From Vicugna vicugna (Eukaryota), in contig MU058781.1 in NCBI GenBank assembly GCA_013265495.1, positions 5,085,050-5,149,049 of the forward strand: a DNA stretch of 64,000 bases, written 5' to 3'. The notes under the pieces are model-generated. The model was not told the origin of the DNA, did no database searches, and worked only from the letters and a program-made list of their open reading frames with translations. Shown here in pieces: positions 1 to 13,479 of this stretch. Position 1 is the first letter of the stretch. Each line of letters opens with the position of its first letter. A program made the position numbers and the translations under genes.

Positions 1-1966
1 TGTGAGAAGTTTTTACAGAACAAGACCCTTTCAGCTCTTCAGAGCCAAGATTCTGTGTTTTTAGGTTTAGTATCTCCCTAAAAGGGCATCTGCATTTTAA
101 CAGGACACTCTAGAATCCCAAAGCCTTAAAGCCCAAGGAATAAAGCCGAGTGAGGAACCGCTCTTCATCTTTTTGGGCCAGGGCTCCTGCCCCAAGACTG
201 CCCAAGTCGCACCACCTGGAGCCAGCTCCTGTCTGCACCACTCCCACTGCTCCATCAGAAACTGTCCCAGCCAAAGGGCAGAGAACCACCAGTCGGACAG
301 GAAGTTCCTCACGACACCAGTGGAATGCTGGGAGATCAAAACTGTGTTCCGTTTACGTTTACACATTAGCATAATGATTCTCAACACTGATGGAAAAATT
401 CAGATGTTAGATTTCTTTAGACTTTAAATATCACTGAAGAACACTCAATAACATTCAAAACAATCACCTTTGGAGATGTTTTTACTTATGCTGCCTTGAT
501 TTCAAATTAAGTAGTCCAAAAATCCGAACAATGGTTTCAAACCTTTTCAAGTTTAAGGGTGGGTATATTTTTATTGACAATTTACCGAGAAAATACATAA
601 CAAAAATCTATTATGAATTTAACAGCACTTTTAAAATGACTCAATTTTATCTCCTACAATATTTATACACATTCGAAACAGAATACTGCATATATTGGAA
701 CTACCAATATTTACCACACAGGACCCAGAGCACAATATACTTTTGGATGCAAGGGCCTCTTGTTACGAATGTCCTCATGCCACAAGTTGGAAACATTCTG
801 CCTCTAAAAGGTTCCGTGATAGTCATATCTCAGCATGCTTGACAGCTGATCATACCTCATTATTTCCAGAAAATATTTCAGAAATGAGGATTAATCACTT
901 TCAGTTATGAGCTGTTGGAAGCTAATGAATGAGTGAGTTACGAATAAACTAGCATTATGAATGGCTGTCTTGGTCTCCTCCCTCCTTCCATCTCAAGTCC
1001 CCTCACTGCCAGCTAACAAGACAGGGATGAGACATGGATTCTGTGCTTCCCAGACAGGCTGGTGGTGCAGCCAGCAGGGATGGCAGGAGATGTCCCTGAG
1101 TAGATCCCTGAGTCAAGAAGCAGAAGAAGTTGCAAGAAGAAGGGAACATTTGTCAGCACAGGGGGCAGCCTGTTGACAAGACCAAATTCCTCCCTTCCCT
1201 TTGAACTACTTCCTGAAAGTTCTCATTAGAGGCTTACAGGTTTAACTGTTCCCTTTTCAGCACGTAGAGAATACTGTATTTGGGAGCTTCGAGAAAGTTT
1301 CAACGTTCAAAATTTAATGTGACTTGGTTTATTATGCTTGCTGTCTTCCCAATGCTTCTCTCAGATTAACTGCTGTATGGATATGGAGGCAAAAAGAAAG
1401 CCGGTTTTGAGGGATGCAGCAGTGGGCCGGGGAGAGAGCAGCCGTGGCAGGGGCAGCAGTAGGGACTTCTGGTCGTGAAGGGATTCATGCCCAGCAGAAA
1501 GAGGGAAAGGGAAGAAGGCCAGTGTGAAATGTCAAAGACGCACCATTCCTGATTCAAACTTGTGTTCAGAGATTATTCGACCCTCTGCTCTTCCTGTTTT
1601 CCTCCGGCTCTTCACCTACATTATGGACAGTGAGGACTTTCATAGGAACAGCCTGGAAACTAGACCACTATTCAGGAAGTATCGCTGAGAAGTTGCTTTC
1701 CCAGTTCAAATGATTCACAGTCCACGTCCTCAGGCTCCAAACAAGCCACACACACCCCTGCCTGACCGGACGGTGCTGCATGTGGCTCAGCCAACCTCAG
1801 CTCGACCACCAGGTCTCAGATCAATGGCTCCCTCCTCTGAAGCAGGGAGTTTTAGGCTCTTTCCTCCGCGTTCCCACGGTCACACAGAAGCTTCACTCCT
1901 GCCACATGCTTGCCTTCTGTCCCTCCACTAGACACCAGGTTCCTCGAGGACAGACATGATGTCTTT

Positions 1967-2378
1967 TAAAGGGGTCAGGGTATGCCACCCCAAAATATGT
2001 CACTTTAGCACGAGGATTATTTTGAGCTAAAGGCAATGTAGAAACAGCAGAAACAGGGAAAGCTCTTTGGCCTTCCCCTTTCTGCTGAAAGCAGGGTATA
2101 AATTTCCCTTTGTAAAGGAAGTAAGTTTTCATTTGTAAAAGTGTCTCGCTCTCCCCTACCTGGGGGAGGTTGACTCGTAATCACTGGAGATGACTGATCA
2201 GCAGAGAAGGCGCATCCAACTGCTGCTCTGGGTCTTCATTTCTTTTCTAAGAAGGCCTCCATGTACACATAAAAATTAAGATATTAACCTCAAATAAAAA
2301 TCTTTCTTTTGCCAATTTAATCTTCAGGATGTAGGCACTAAACCTGAGAGGCGGAGGAGAGAACCTTCCTCCCCTATA
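1967..2378 (+). mobile_element. Solo LTR, ERV1 class (MER34/MER39-like)
   Basis: Starts TAAAGGGGTCAGGGTATGCCACCCCAAAATATGTCACTTT and ends TTCCTCCCCTATA, resembling recalled MER34-type termini. Flanked by a 4-bp TSD CTTT (1963-1966 and 2379-2382), with an internal AATAAA near 2293. Confidence 0.75.
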
Positions 2379-5199
2379 CTTTCAACCTGGCAGCGTCAGT
2401 GCCTGTCACATGCTCAGCGAGTTTGGTGAATGACCTGGTAACAACCCCAGCCTGGAGGCCGCACAGTCCACACCACCCACGCAGGAGCAGGTGGAGGGTA
2501 GCAGGCTTCCAACTGGCTGCCTGACTGCACAGGTGCAGGAGGCAGTCACAGCAGGCCAGGTGTTCAAGGTGCAATGATGCAGAAGACAGACAGCAGCTCA
2601 GGAAAACAGCAGCACAGCTGGCGGGAAACACTGGCATCCCGTTAAATGGGCTGAGAATAAACACGTATCACCGTCAAGGGTAAGAGTGGGAGCAGGAAGT
2701 GGCCACTACAGGCTTTCAGGGTCTGAGCAACGGACAATGACATCAACTTGGTCCATAAGATCGCTGCAGTGCATAGTCAAACACACCTGAGCTTAACAAG
2801 ATTCACAAAGGACTACAGAAAAGTTGGCCAAGAAACCTTTCAAGCATTAAAAATATCATTCCAAAAATAATGTCACCACCAAATGATCAACAAAACACAG
2901 CCTGTGAATCACTTCCCAGAATTCATATTTACAACATGATGCAGTGAACTTTTCCTTGGGGTTGACAACTGAAAATAGGCAGAGAAACTGAAGGAGAATT
3001 GAGAGTTTATTCAGAATAAGCATACAACCTGTAAGGATATTTATCCTTTCAATGAAAAGTTCAACACATTAAGACATTACAGGAACTCCCTTCTATGTAC
3101 TCAGTGATGTGTACTTAAAATGGCAGCAAGATAATACAAGAAGCCTATTTTAGTGTAAGAAAAGTATGCAAGCGGAGCTGCCATTCCTAAAATAAGACCC
3201 ATTGTGCTTTGAAACGGCGACATGACATGACTCTCCACATAAAGCCAAAATTCCTTAGAATGAAGACTTGCCCACCAGTGCAACACACAGAAATAAGTTG
3301 TTTTCTTGGGGAACTTTGTGGTCTTCTACTGTTCTGAACACAAAGTAGGAACTCAAGAGTGACCGTGAAAACAGCAAATCAACGATGGAATACAGGTGAG
3401 AAGGCGCAGCATTCAGGAAACACCTACTCAAGAAAAAAGTTTAGTCTAAGCCAAACAGAATTATCTTCATTTTATTACCTTGTTTTTTCGTGTAAGATCA
3501 TAAGCAGGAGAGAAAAACAAAAAATAAACAAAACAACCCCCCAAACACTTGCCATCTTATGAAAAGTCTGCCTAAAAATACAGTAAAACAAATCGAGTTG
3601 ACTCTATGAGACGGTTTGTAACATAACAGGAAAACAGCCCTATGTTTCCATGTCCTTTGAATACGTTAGCCTATAAACTAAGGCTGAGGATAGAGATCCA
3701 GGATTTTTAAACCCTTAAAAACACAACCTTCATATTATGTAAGATGGCACCAAACGTGGTATATATTCTCTTTTAAATTCAGGTAAGACAGAGCCAGAGA
3801 GAGAGAGAAGTGATCTGATCAGCATTTTTCACATAAATTGTTTCTGACCTTTCACTGTCTCTGTCGACCCTTCCTTGTATGCAGAGGAACTTGGTTTATT
3901 CTCCATGGTCAAGGCAATTAATGACAATGCTCTTAGAAACAGGTAGCTCTGCCTTTGTGGCTCAGACAGCTTTGCCAGTTCTTAAATTTACTTATAAAAA
4001 CCTATGTGGGTCCCTTAGAAAAAGACCCAGAATCTGATAATTTCTTACATTTTTTTTCCCCTCTTTTTAACCCTTTCCTTTCCTAAACCTAGCTCCTTCC
4101 ATTACAATCATGGGTATGCACACAAGAGATGAAATATTTTCCAATTTCCTAGAATCTCTCAATTTTGATGATCAAAAAGGTCCTTCATTTACTATTTATG
4201 ACATTAAGAAGCTAGAATGATCCCGGCAAAGGGATTTCAACATCACGTTCTGTTTTTCTTTCTTCACAGCAGCATTTCATGAACTGCCCTTCTCTATAAC
4301 TTGAGTCAAGAGAAATCTTCAATTCTCCTTGTATACTTCAGAAAACAGTAGAAGAGGAAGTATGTTTCTAGGCATCAATTTCACAGACAGAATGGAAAAT
4401 ACTTTGTAAAAATAATACGTTTTAGTTTTCTCAGCAAGACACTTCTTACCATTAGCCTAGAAATCTCATGTTTTCTGTTGTATTTTGAAAGATAAAATTA
4501 ATTAGGTTTTTTGTGATCCCTTTGAGAAACAGTAATTTGCTTCTATTAGTTCACTCAATTAAAGGACAATCTGGGAAAACCATAGGAAAGATTCTTCCCC
4601 ATTTCGTATTTCAGAACTAAAATAAAAGCTCAGAGTTAAAACTCATACTGCAGTCCTTGAAAATGTCTCACAGTCATCTTTTGTTGAATTAGTGGGTTAC
4701 AGGGCACCATTTCTGTCACTGTCACTGTTCTCTTGCAGTCACCAGACTCAGTAACATTTAACTCGTAACCTCCTGAATCAACAGTTACAAGTGGGTCCCA
4801 CTGAGACTACTGACCCTAGACTATGAGCCACTTTTACCTAAAGATTTTCCTTTCCACAACAGAGGGACTGAACCCTCTATGTGTGTAGCAAATAATAAGC
4901 ACTTATTTTTAATGAAATGGACATATGAATAAATAACTTGCTTTTAATTTTTTCCCAAAGTCTTATGAAGGAGGAAAGCAGTGAAGATAGTTAAACTCAA
5001 CTGCTATGTGTAAGCTATTAGGACTATTTCTTCCTGGTAAAAAAGTCCAAGGAACAGAATCAAAACGAGGTGAGTACTAGGGAACAGAGTGGAAGTGACA
5101 GACACTGGCTCACTCACCCTTACTGTAACCTGCTGGTTGGAAAGCTTGACCACGCAGAACTCCAGGCAGCCAAACCCTCAAGTGTCCCTAATACCCCCT

Positions 5200-5670
5200 A
5201 TTTTCACATTTCCCCTGGGTCCAAGTTGCCATTATCGCTCACTGACTGGTCAATAGCCTCCTAGGTGGTCAATCCAAAGCCACACCAGCCCTCTTCCAAT
5301 CCATTTCTGCACAGCAGCCAGAGTGATTTTTCTGCAAAGCAAATCTGGTCATGTCACTTCCTGCTTAATAAAACCCCCCTGGACGCCACTGCTCCTATCA
5401 GACTTGCTTCACATGGTCCAAACAACCCCATCATCTCCCGTCTCATCATGTACCACCACCAGAACTCACCGCGCCCAGCTCAGATGGCCTCCCTCCTTCT
5501 CCCTCTTCAAACTCGACATCATCCCACCAGCCTTGAGCTTTGCACGTGCTACTCCCTCTGGTTGGAATCTCTTCCCTCCCCCTTTCAACTCCTAATTCAT
5601 CAGCTTCCAGATCTCAGCCTACACACCACTTCCACATAGAAGACCTCTGTGACCGCCATAATTAAGTGAA
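5200..5670 (+). mobile_element. Degraded LINE-2 fragment
   Basis: L2-like motifs (aatccatttctgcacagcagccagagtgatttt...ggtcatgtcacttcctgctt; ccttgagctttgcacgtgctactccctctgg). Boundaries approximate. Confidence 0.6.
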
Positions 5671-5679
5671 ACCCAGCCT

Positions 5680-6075
5680 ATTATAAAACTTTTGGAAGGA
5701 AACAGGAGAAGTCTTCATGGCCGTGGGCTAGGCAAAGAGTTCCTGGATATGACAGCAAAAGCACAATGCATTAAATCTTTTTTTGATAAAATGGACTTCA
5801 CCAAAATTAGAAACTTTTGTGCTTCAAAATATACAAATAAGAAAATGAAAAACCACAAACTGGAAGACAATATTGGCAAATCACATATCTGATAAAGAGC
5901 TAGTATTTAACATATGTAAGGAACTCTTCCAACTCAATAAGACAACTTAGTCAAGAAATGGGCAAAATATTTCAATAGTCATTTAACCAAAGAAGACATA
6001 CAAACGGCTAATAAACACATGAAAAGATGCTCAACAGCATTCGTCAGTGGAGAAGTCCAAATCAGAATCACACTA
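5680..6075 (+). mobile_element. Old L1 (L1M) ORF2 3' fragment
   Basis: ORF 5692..5892 (GLGKEFLDMTAKAQ...DKMDFTKIRNFCASK) is an L1 ORF2 C-terminal remnant; also aaacacatgaaaagatgctcaac. Confidence 0.85.
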
Positions 6076-6089
6076 GAGGGAACGTAGTG

Positions 6090-6290
6090 TCCTCCATGGG
6101 CACTCTGCAGCCTAACGGCAGAAAGAGCACTGCCTCTGAAGTCAAGACAAGGTTCAAACACCTGCTTCACTGCTTCCTGGCTGGGTAATTTTGGAAAGTT
6201 ACTTAAAACTCTGTCAAATTCATAGGGCAGGGACAAGGATACTACGGTTGCTGTGAAAATTAACAGCATGTGTACAATATGGCTTCTGTC
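6090..6290 (+). mobile_element. MIR SINE fragment
   Basis: Degenerate MIR-core-like sequence (ggttcaaacacctgcttcactgcttcctggctgggtaattttggaaagttacttaa). Confidence 0.6.
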
Positions 6291-7215
6291 CCCTTCACTC
6301 CATGGCCACCAGTGGTTTCCACGTTGCTAATTCCAATGGACGTGTTGCAGTCTTCATATTCTGAGATGACGACAAAGCTGACCACTCTCCTATCTGATTA
6401 CTCCCAGGCTTGCAGATTCCGTCCAAAATACTCCTTGAATCCACTTTCACCGTCTCCATCCCTACCGCTTCTGTCCTTGTCCCAGTCCCTGTAATACTTG
6501 GTCTGGTCTCCGCTTCTACCCAACCATTTCTACTGTCCGTTTTCCACATACGTAACAAGAAAACAACAGTCCTTTGCCCACAGACCCCAGAAGAGTCATC
6601 TTTTCAAATTATGAATCAGCTCACCCCCAACCGCCTCCCATACACACACTACTTAGAATCCTTGTCGGCCTTCCCTTGCAGCACAAATGAAATCCAAACT
6701 CCACCAATGCTCCATCAGGCCCTCTGGGGTCTGGCTCCTGTGGTGGCTCCACTCCTACCACATTCTGGCGAAACAAGGCCACATTTCAGTTGCTTTCAAA
6801 CCTTCAAGGAAGTTCTTTACTTCCTTGGAACCTCTGAACGCATTGTTCCTGCCACTAGAAATTTCTTTCCCCGTTATTCACGTTGGTTTTCTCCTGCTCA
6901 TCCTTTAGTTTTGGTCAACAGTCACCACCTCAGGTAGTCCTTGCCCTTTCCATCCCCTTCACCAATCAAAACTGTGTCCCTGTGATAATGACGGTCAGTT
7001 CTTGTAAACTGCCTATGTCTTCCCGCTGGACCGAACTCCATGAGGGCACCTCCCCCACCCCTCACATGTACGTCTGTACACGAGTATGGATACTGTGGCT
7101 GCACGTACACATACAAGCATACACCTATTATATGAGCATATACCTAGTATATCCACGTATACCTACTAACTATGCCAGGATGCCTGGCATATAGTGAGCA
7201 AACAACAAATGAATC
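6290..7215 (+). mobile_element. Degraded LINE-2 pieces
   Basis: Pyrimidine-rich L2-like motifs ending with gccaggatgcctggcatatagtgagca...aaatgaat. Boundaries approximate. Confidence 0.5.
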
Positions 7216-8859
7216 CTATTAGTTATTTTTTGTTTGTTACAGAATAAAATGATCATTAACCCAAAGTTTGCCAAGTAACTTTTCTAGAAGCCCACGACAA
7301 CTCTGGAATTCCTTTCTGTTCCAAATACACTAGCATACACTGTTTTACTATTTTTCTATCTCTTCTTACTAGACTATCAGCTCCTTGAAGGTAAGAACCT
7401 TTTAAACTTTGAATTCCCAATGCTTAATCAGGCAACAAGCACAAGTCAGTGTTTGAATCAGCAAACACTGATTAGCACAGAAATTTATTTTTAAAAAATC
7501 CTATTTTTATTTGGGCAACCTTTACAGATATCAACATGCAAATGGTCTGTCTGGTTTTACTTTGATGTCTTAAATAAATAGTTAATCAGAAGCAGAAAGC
7601 CAAAACAGCTACATTATCTCCAAAGAGCCTGCTTTCAGTTTCCATAAAGGATACTTCAATATTTATGTAATTCAAATCCAAATTATTAATTTTTAATTAA
7701 AAAATCTAAAAGAAAACACATACAGCTATACTCTTTCCATATTTTCATTAAACCACGTTTTAGCATTGTGATCTATTCTGGCCTAGAGAGTGACTAAATT
7801 AATTCCGGATTTACTAACAATAATCCTGTGGAATGAACTGAAAATTGAAATTGATGCAGAAGCCAAAAGAAAAAAAGCACACCTCATACCCTGTCAAAAG
7901 ACTCCCATGAAAATGAACTTCATATTTTCAAATAAATACTTAATGAAAATGAAACTAGGATTTAAAAACCAGCTTTATTCAAAAATACACTGTGATGTAC
8001 AGAATGCTTTCTTCAGCTGTTTCACATTTTTATTTGATATACTGAGTAGACTATTAACCAAAATACCCCTTTCTCTTAATTAAAAAATCTATTCAACATA
8101 TTTATCGTAATAGAGGCTAACAATTTTTTCAAGGTGGAAAGGGTTGTTACTAGTTTTCTGCTAAACAAGAACAAACACGTGCTTAGCTATATTTCACAGC
8201 GTAGCATGTTACAGCAACTTGAAATAGCAAATGGCACACAACTGGAATTTGTGTGACATTTATAGCCTACTTTTGAAAAATTGTTATAAAAATAGCAGAA
8301 ACAGTTCTGCTCATTAGCCTAACCTTGCTGCCCAAGAGAACAAAAGAAGGATGAAGCAGAGGAACCTGAAAATGTGTTGTCATTTGTCAGCTTATGTGAG
8401 GACAATGAACCAACTACCGTAACAATACCCCATTTCTGCACCTGCCTACTGCTTCCTTTCTGGGCAAGCACCAGAAACTCCACCTTCTAAACCATGGGAA
8501 CTCACTGACAATTAACAAAATGAAAAAATCCTCTCCTCAGCAGATCCCTGAGACATGCTGATTCTGTCTCTGGAGTAAACACTTTACCTTCTACAGTTAC
8601 TACACTCTTCTTCCTGGGAGTGCTTTAAATAAGCCAACTATACTCAGAGCTTTCTGCAAACTTCCATTTAAAGAAGGTTGAAGTCCCTGATAAAATAATA
8701 ACATGTGAATGTCCACTAAGGCCGTTTATTAACTGACTACTGGACAATATGAAAATGAAGAGTAAGTCAAGAGCATACTTCTAGTAAACTAGAAATTAGC
8801 AAACTAGGTATTACAGAGATATTAACAGGTAGCTTGACATCTATTTCACTTATTAATCT

Positions 8860-9175
8860 AAAAAACCTGACAAGATCTTTCTATCTTGATGGTATTTAGA
8901 ATTATAGTATTATTTTAGATATGCTTATGGTATTGTGGCTATGTTATTAAAAGTCTTATTTTTTAGAGGTATCCATTGAGGTATTTATGGAAAAAATTAT
9001 ATCACTTAGGGAATCTGCTTTAAAATGAGGGAGTGAGGGAGGGAACAGGCAAGGGTCGTGGTGAAAGACTGGCTGTGTGCCGACTGTTGCAGCTGGGGGA
9101 CGGGGACACGGAGTTCCATTATGTTCTACTTTTGTACATGTTTGAAAACTTCTGTAACAAAAAGAGGGTTGGGGG
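8860..9175 (+). mobile_element. Old L1 (L1MC/ME-type) 3' end
   Basis: tggtattgtggctatg...gaggtatttatgg...tctacttttgtacatgtttgaaaacttctgtaacaaaa resembles L1M 3' termini. Confidence 0.65.
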
Positions 9176-10069
9176 AAGCACAATAATTCTTTTAATTGGC
9201 TACTTGATCAAAGAAAAGATTTCAGCTAGTCACAGTTCAAATTTATTCAGAGAACTGTCAATCTAAATTAAAAGACTGATAAGGTGTATTACCTGCCACA
9301 TTAAACCGTACTGTAATCTCTTTAAAGACTAAATCACTGATCTGTGAAAAATCCTTCCTCCCTCCTGCTCCCTCCACTCTCTTTAGTTTCACTGCAACCA
9401 CTGCTCCTGGGGTTTCAATAGCCACATGGGATCTTTTTCAAGATTGGTGTGTACTCACAAGACAAAAATTCCACAGGTTTAGTGCCATGTGATTGCAAGG
9501 ATGCATGGTAACCTTCCTCTGGGCGCCCTTCCCTGCCTGGCAGGCCCCCCTGGAACCCTGCACCAGCCCTCACTGACCCCGTAAGTCCACTCCTGGTCCT
9601 GCAACAGCTGGCTGTCTCCAGCTGCACGGTGAACTTCCTGATGGTAGCGGACACATGGTCTTATTCATCTTTTCCATCCTGTGCTTAGACTAAACAGGAA
9701 CAGAATAAATGAGCAATCTGAGAATAAATTTGTAAATCTCAAAATGAGTAACTCATTCTTAGAACTCTAAATATTTTGATATTTTTCATATCATAATTTT
9801 AAGACACTTTTCCAAAAAATAGTTTAATATTCTAGTTTAATCTTACTACAGCATGTTTGCAAATAAACTCCTTCTAAAACAAAAGTTTGAGCCCTGAAGA
9901 TACATTTATGGTAAAAATAGCCAATTCATATTTGCATGTGGACAACTACCTTAATTTAGAGCTTTGCCTCTGTTGTCATTCAATAGACAGCCCATGGCTG
10001 ATCAAAAAATGGAGTCAGGAGTTCCATCAATGAGAATTACAGTTATCATGAATTCATAATTATAAAAAT

Positions 10070-10620
10070 CTTAACATTTATTCCATATTTATTATATGCC
10101 TGGCACTATTATTTCATTTATTCTCACAAAAGCCCTATGAGGTAGGTACCACTATTTCCATTTTATAGGTAAGCAAGCAGACTCAGAGGCTGTCATGTAC
10201 CCAAGGACACACAGCTGCAAGTGATGAAGCTGATTCAAACCCAGCCCGTGTGCTGAACTGCTGATGCAGACACCCCCACCCCTACTACATACCAGAAACT
10301 CAGCTCTCCGACCTAGGGGGGGTTTGGACTTGATTTTTCTCTTTTCCTGTATCTTTATGCCTTTCAAGTACAAGACAGAGAAAGCAAGTAATGGAAAACA
10401 AGTCACTTACTCTGTTTGCCTTGACTCTGCAGTAACGGTAACTCATGCGTAAATGCTAGACACTGCTGGAAACCCTTCACATGGACCAGCTCAGTCTATT
10501 CTTCCAGCAATTCAAGAATATAGGTCCTAGTATCGTCTTCATTATTCAGACAGAAAACTGAGGCTCAGAGAGGCTGCATTACACGCCTGGTGAGCAGCCC
10601 TGTTCGAAGTTCAGCGCTCC
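10070..10620 (-). mobile_element. Two MIR fragments
   Basis: MIR core seen twice: ccattttataggtaagcaagcagactcagag (~10158) and attattcagacagaaaactgaggctcagagagg (~10541). Confidence 0.6.
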
Positions 10621-13479
10621 CAGTGGCTCTGGATTCTGAGCTCTTGTCACCTGCTACACCGCCTACTGGGCACATGTATGCCTGGGTTAACCTGAATGTG
10701 TGGTTTAGGGATTAAGCCTTGCAGATCCCCTGAGCAGGAGCAGAGTTACTGTTTTTCCACCTATGTTATATTTTCCAGCAATACTTTGTAGTCTAGTTTT
10801 CAATATCAAAATCAGAAAAATTACATTGGTGAACATTAATTCACAAAAATAGATATAGTTATCTTTCATCTTTAGTACCACACAAGACATGTTTGCTACA
10901 TGGTTTAATATAAAGAGAATGCTAAAATGAAGGTTTTATAAACTCAAGAATTTGCTTTATCAAATCAACATTTCTGGGCTAGTCAACTCTAATGCGCTTA
11001 TATAAGCCATTGTAAAGAGTCAGCTTTGCAAAATTCTAAACAATAAATAACAGAAAATGGTCACTCTATGAACATTTTCTTCTGCTGTATGTAGTTCATA
11101 TAAATTCTCAGCACTATTTTAAAACACAAAGGAGCATCACTGCCACTATTGCTAGAAGTCCTTGACAGAAAGACAGCAAACCCAGATGATTAAGTATTTC
11201 AAAGGTAAGTCTGAAAGGTACAGTGACCTCTTATCTCTGGAGATGCCCACATCTCCAGAACCCGAGAACAGACATAAAACCAGAACCCCACGTAGATTCT
11301 CTGCATCATCACAAAAACAAAAAGTCACAAGGACAAGACACAGGTATTGCGTAAGTGGATGACTTGTTTCTTCACTCCTTTCCATGAACCCTGACTGAGG
11401 GCCTACTGTATGCAGGGCGGTGCACCAGCTGCTGATGGAGGCACTAGCGGGCTCTTCCTTAGTCGTCGCTACATCCCTAGTGCTGGACAGAGTAGATGGC
11501 AAGAACAACAAACACAGGTGTTTACTAAGTGAATCAGCAACATTTCAAGAGCCGAGGCGGGGTGTCTGGGGGAAACAAGTCTCCCTTACACGGAGGAAAT
11601 TAACTGAGGCGGGCGGAACCTGGCCCGCCAAAGAGGACGCTGCACTCCGGGCAGGCAGCTGTCCAGAGTCTGAGACCCAGGGCAGAGACTCAGACACACC
11701 ACCCGCACAACTTGGGGTGTCTCATATACACGAATTTCATTCTACTCGGAGCATACTGTTTTCACCGAAAATTATTAGAAGTGACTCTATTGTCACGCTC
11801 TCCAATGAGCACGGAAATAAATACCCTCCAGCACATAGAGCACTGCCCTCAGCAAGCTGTTCCACCCAAATGCTCAAAAAAGTTTGTCGGGGACGAGGAG
11901 GAAAGCAACTGTTCTAAGGCTGTGTTTCCTTGGAGTTACTTGCACGTGAAAACACACAAATCTATGTATTAGTTAGCAGTTAGACCCTCTAACACTTCTC
12001 TCAAAGTGGAGTGTCACCAAGTTTTCTGTATTATTCAATATAACCATAATAGGGGAGGGAGAGGGTTCTGATCCCAGTTGAGTGCTTTTCACCACGAGGC
12101 TACAAGTACTAATTTTTCTGAACACAGAATTTAAAACAGATTTATTCTATAAACACAATCACAATTTTCTGCTATATGTTCTCTGAATACAAAGCACAAA
12201 ATTTTGCCAACCTAGCACAACTGTCTTATTCCAGAAAATGTTTTTACCCCTTATTCTACACAAACCAAATCAGCTATTTAAAGACGTATCTCCATCTGAC
12301 TTCCATGGACTTTTTTTTTAAAACACTTCCTTGGACGTTTCCAGTGTTTACCATAATATAAACCTTCTTACCACAGTTCTGAGAAAACACACTTGTTCTA
12401 TCAAGTACAATACAAAACTGTAGTAATCGCTGCTGCTGCACAAGGCAATCTGAGAAAAGACTGAATGTGAGGAAAACAAAAACGTGAAAAAGAAAACCAG
12501 CTTATGGGCCCCTCCTTCCAACTGCCACTACTCTCCAAAGTCACTCACGTGGGCAAGAGAACAACTCCTCTTCAACTCTGTGGTGATGCTTCCAGTTGTG
12601 ATTGGCATTTTGGTATCTGGTCTCACTAAAGTGCAAATCAATGACTCGGCCAGCACCAGACGCAGTGAAAGCGCTCCTGCTGAGAGGGCCCCAGGCAGGA
12701 GGAGGAGGAGAGGGTGACCAACAGGGTTTGCCTCTTGGCAACACTGCTTTCAGTATGACTTACACTTTCTTTCTGATTTTTTTTTTTAACAGATCAGTGA
12801 GAAAAACACTTTGCAAAAAAATACATGGCTCAAGATAAACCCAGCAAACGATATATCCTTAAAAAAATCTGATGAAGCCAGAGAGGCAAGCATGGGCCTA
12901 GGAATGTTGTTTACCCGGTTAAAGAGCTTGGACTTAATCCTCAAGCTGTTTTCCAAAACACTGTAGGCAAGATAGTCTGGGGTGGTACAGCTTTAATAGT
13001 TACGCATGTACTTGGGCAATTCGTTTCTATTTGTGTCAAGTGATACTGGTTTTCTGCTTATAGTAAGAAGTGTGTTAAAGTACGTTTTTAAAATGAGTTG
13101 ATTTAAAGAGAGTGAAAAGCAGTACAGCTGATTCACGGATATGACAAAAACTGTGACAGCGAAGCTCCAGGGACTGACGCCAGCAGACGCGACTGGAAGG
13201 ATTAGGGAGCCGCTTCCAGGTTTCATGATGCGGCTGCTCTGAGCTTAGACAGACGGCTCCAGCAGTGTTTGGGAGACAGAGCTGAGAGGAGTCCAGGACA
13301 GAAAGCAAGGGGATAGGATGCTGTCCCAGAACCGTACCCACCCATTGGATGTTTGTTGAGTCCCCTCTCAATCACTGTCTACACACACTGGACACGGCAG
13401 AGAAAAGCCAGATAACTGCATGTCAGGTGTGCATGGTAGAGAAAGACAAGAATATATGTCATAAATAAAGCCTGGTTAA

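Noticed and set aside
6410..6937. 175-aa ORF, and similar ORFs at 11420..11917 and 14389..14862
   Set aside because: They overlap degraded L2 or MIR sequence, with no recognisable protein family or splice support.
11540..11700. CpG/GC-box-rich patch with a GGCGGGC/GCCCGCC hairpin as an internal promoter
   Set aside because: Too short for a CpG island and it overlaps MIR-like sequence. No other support.
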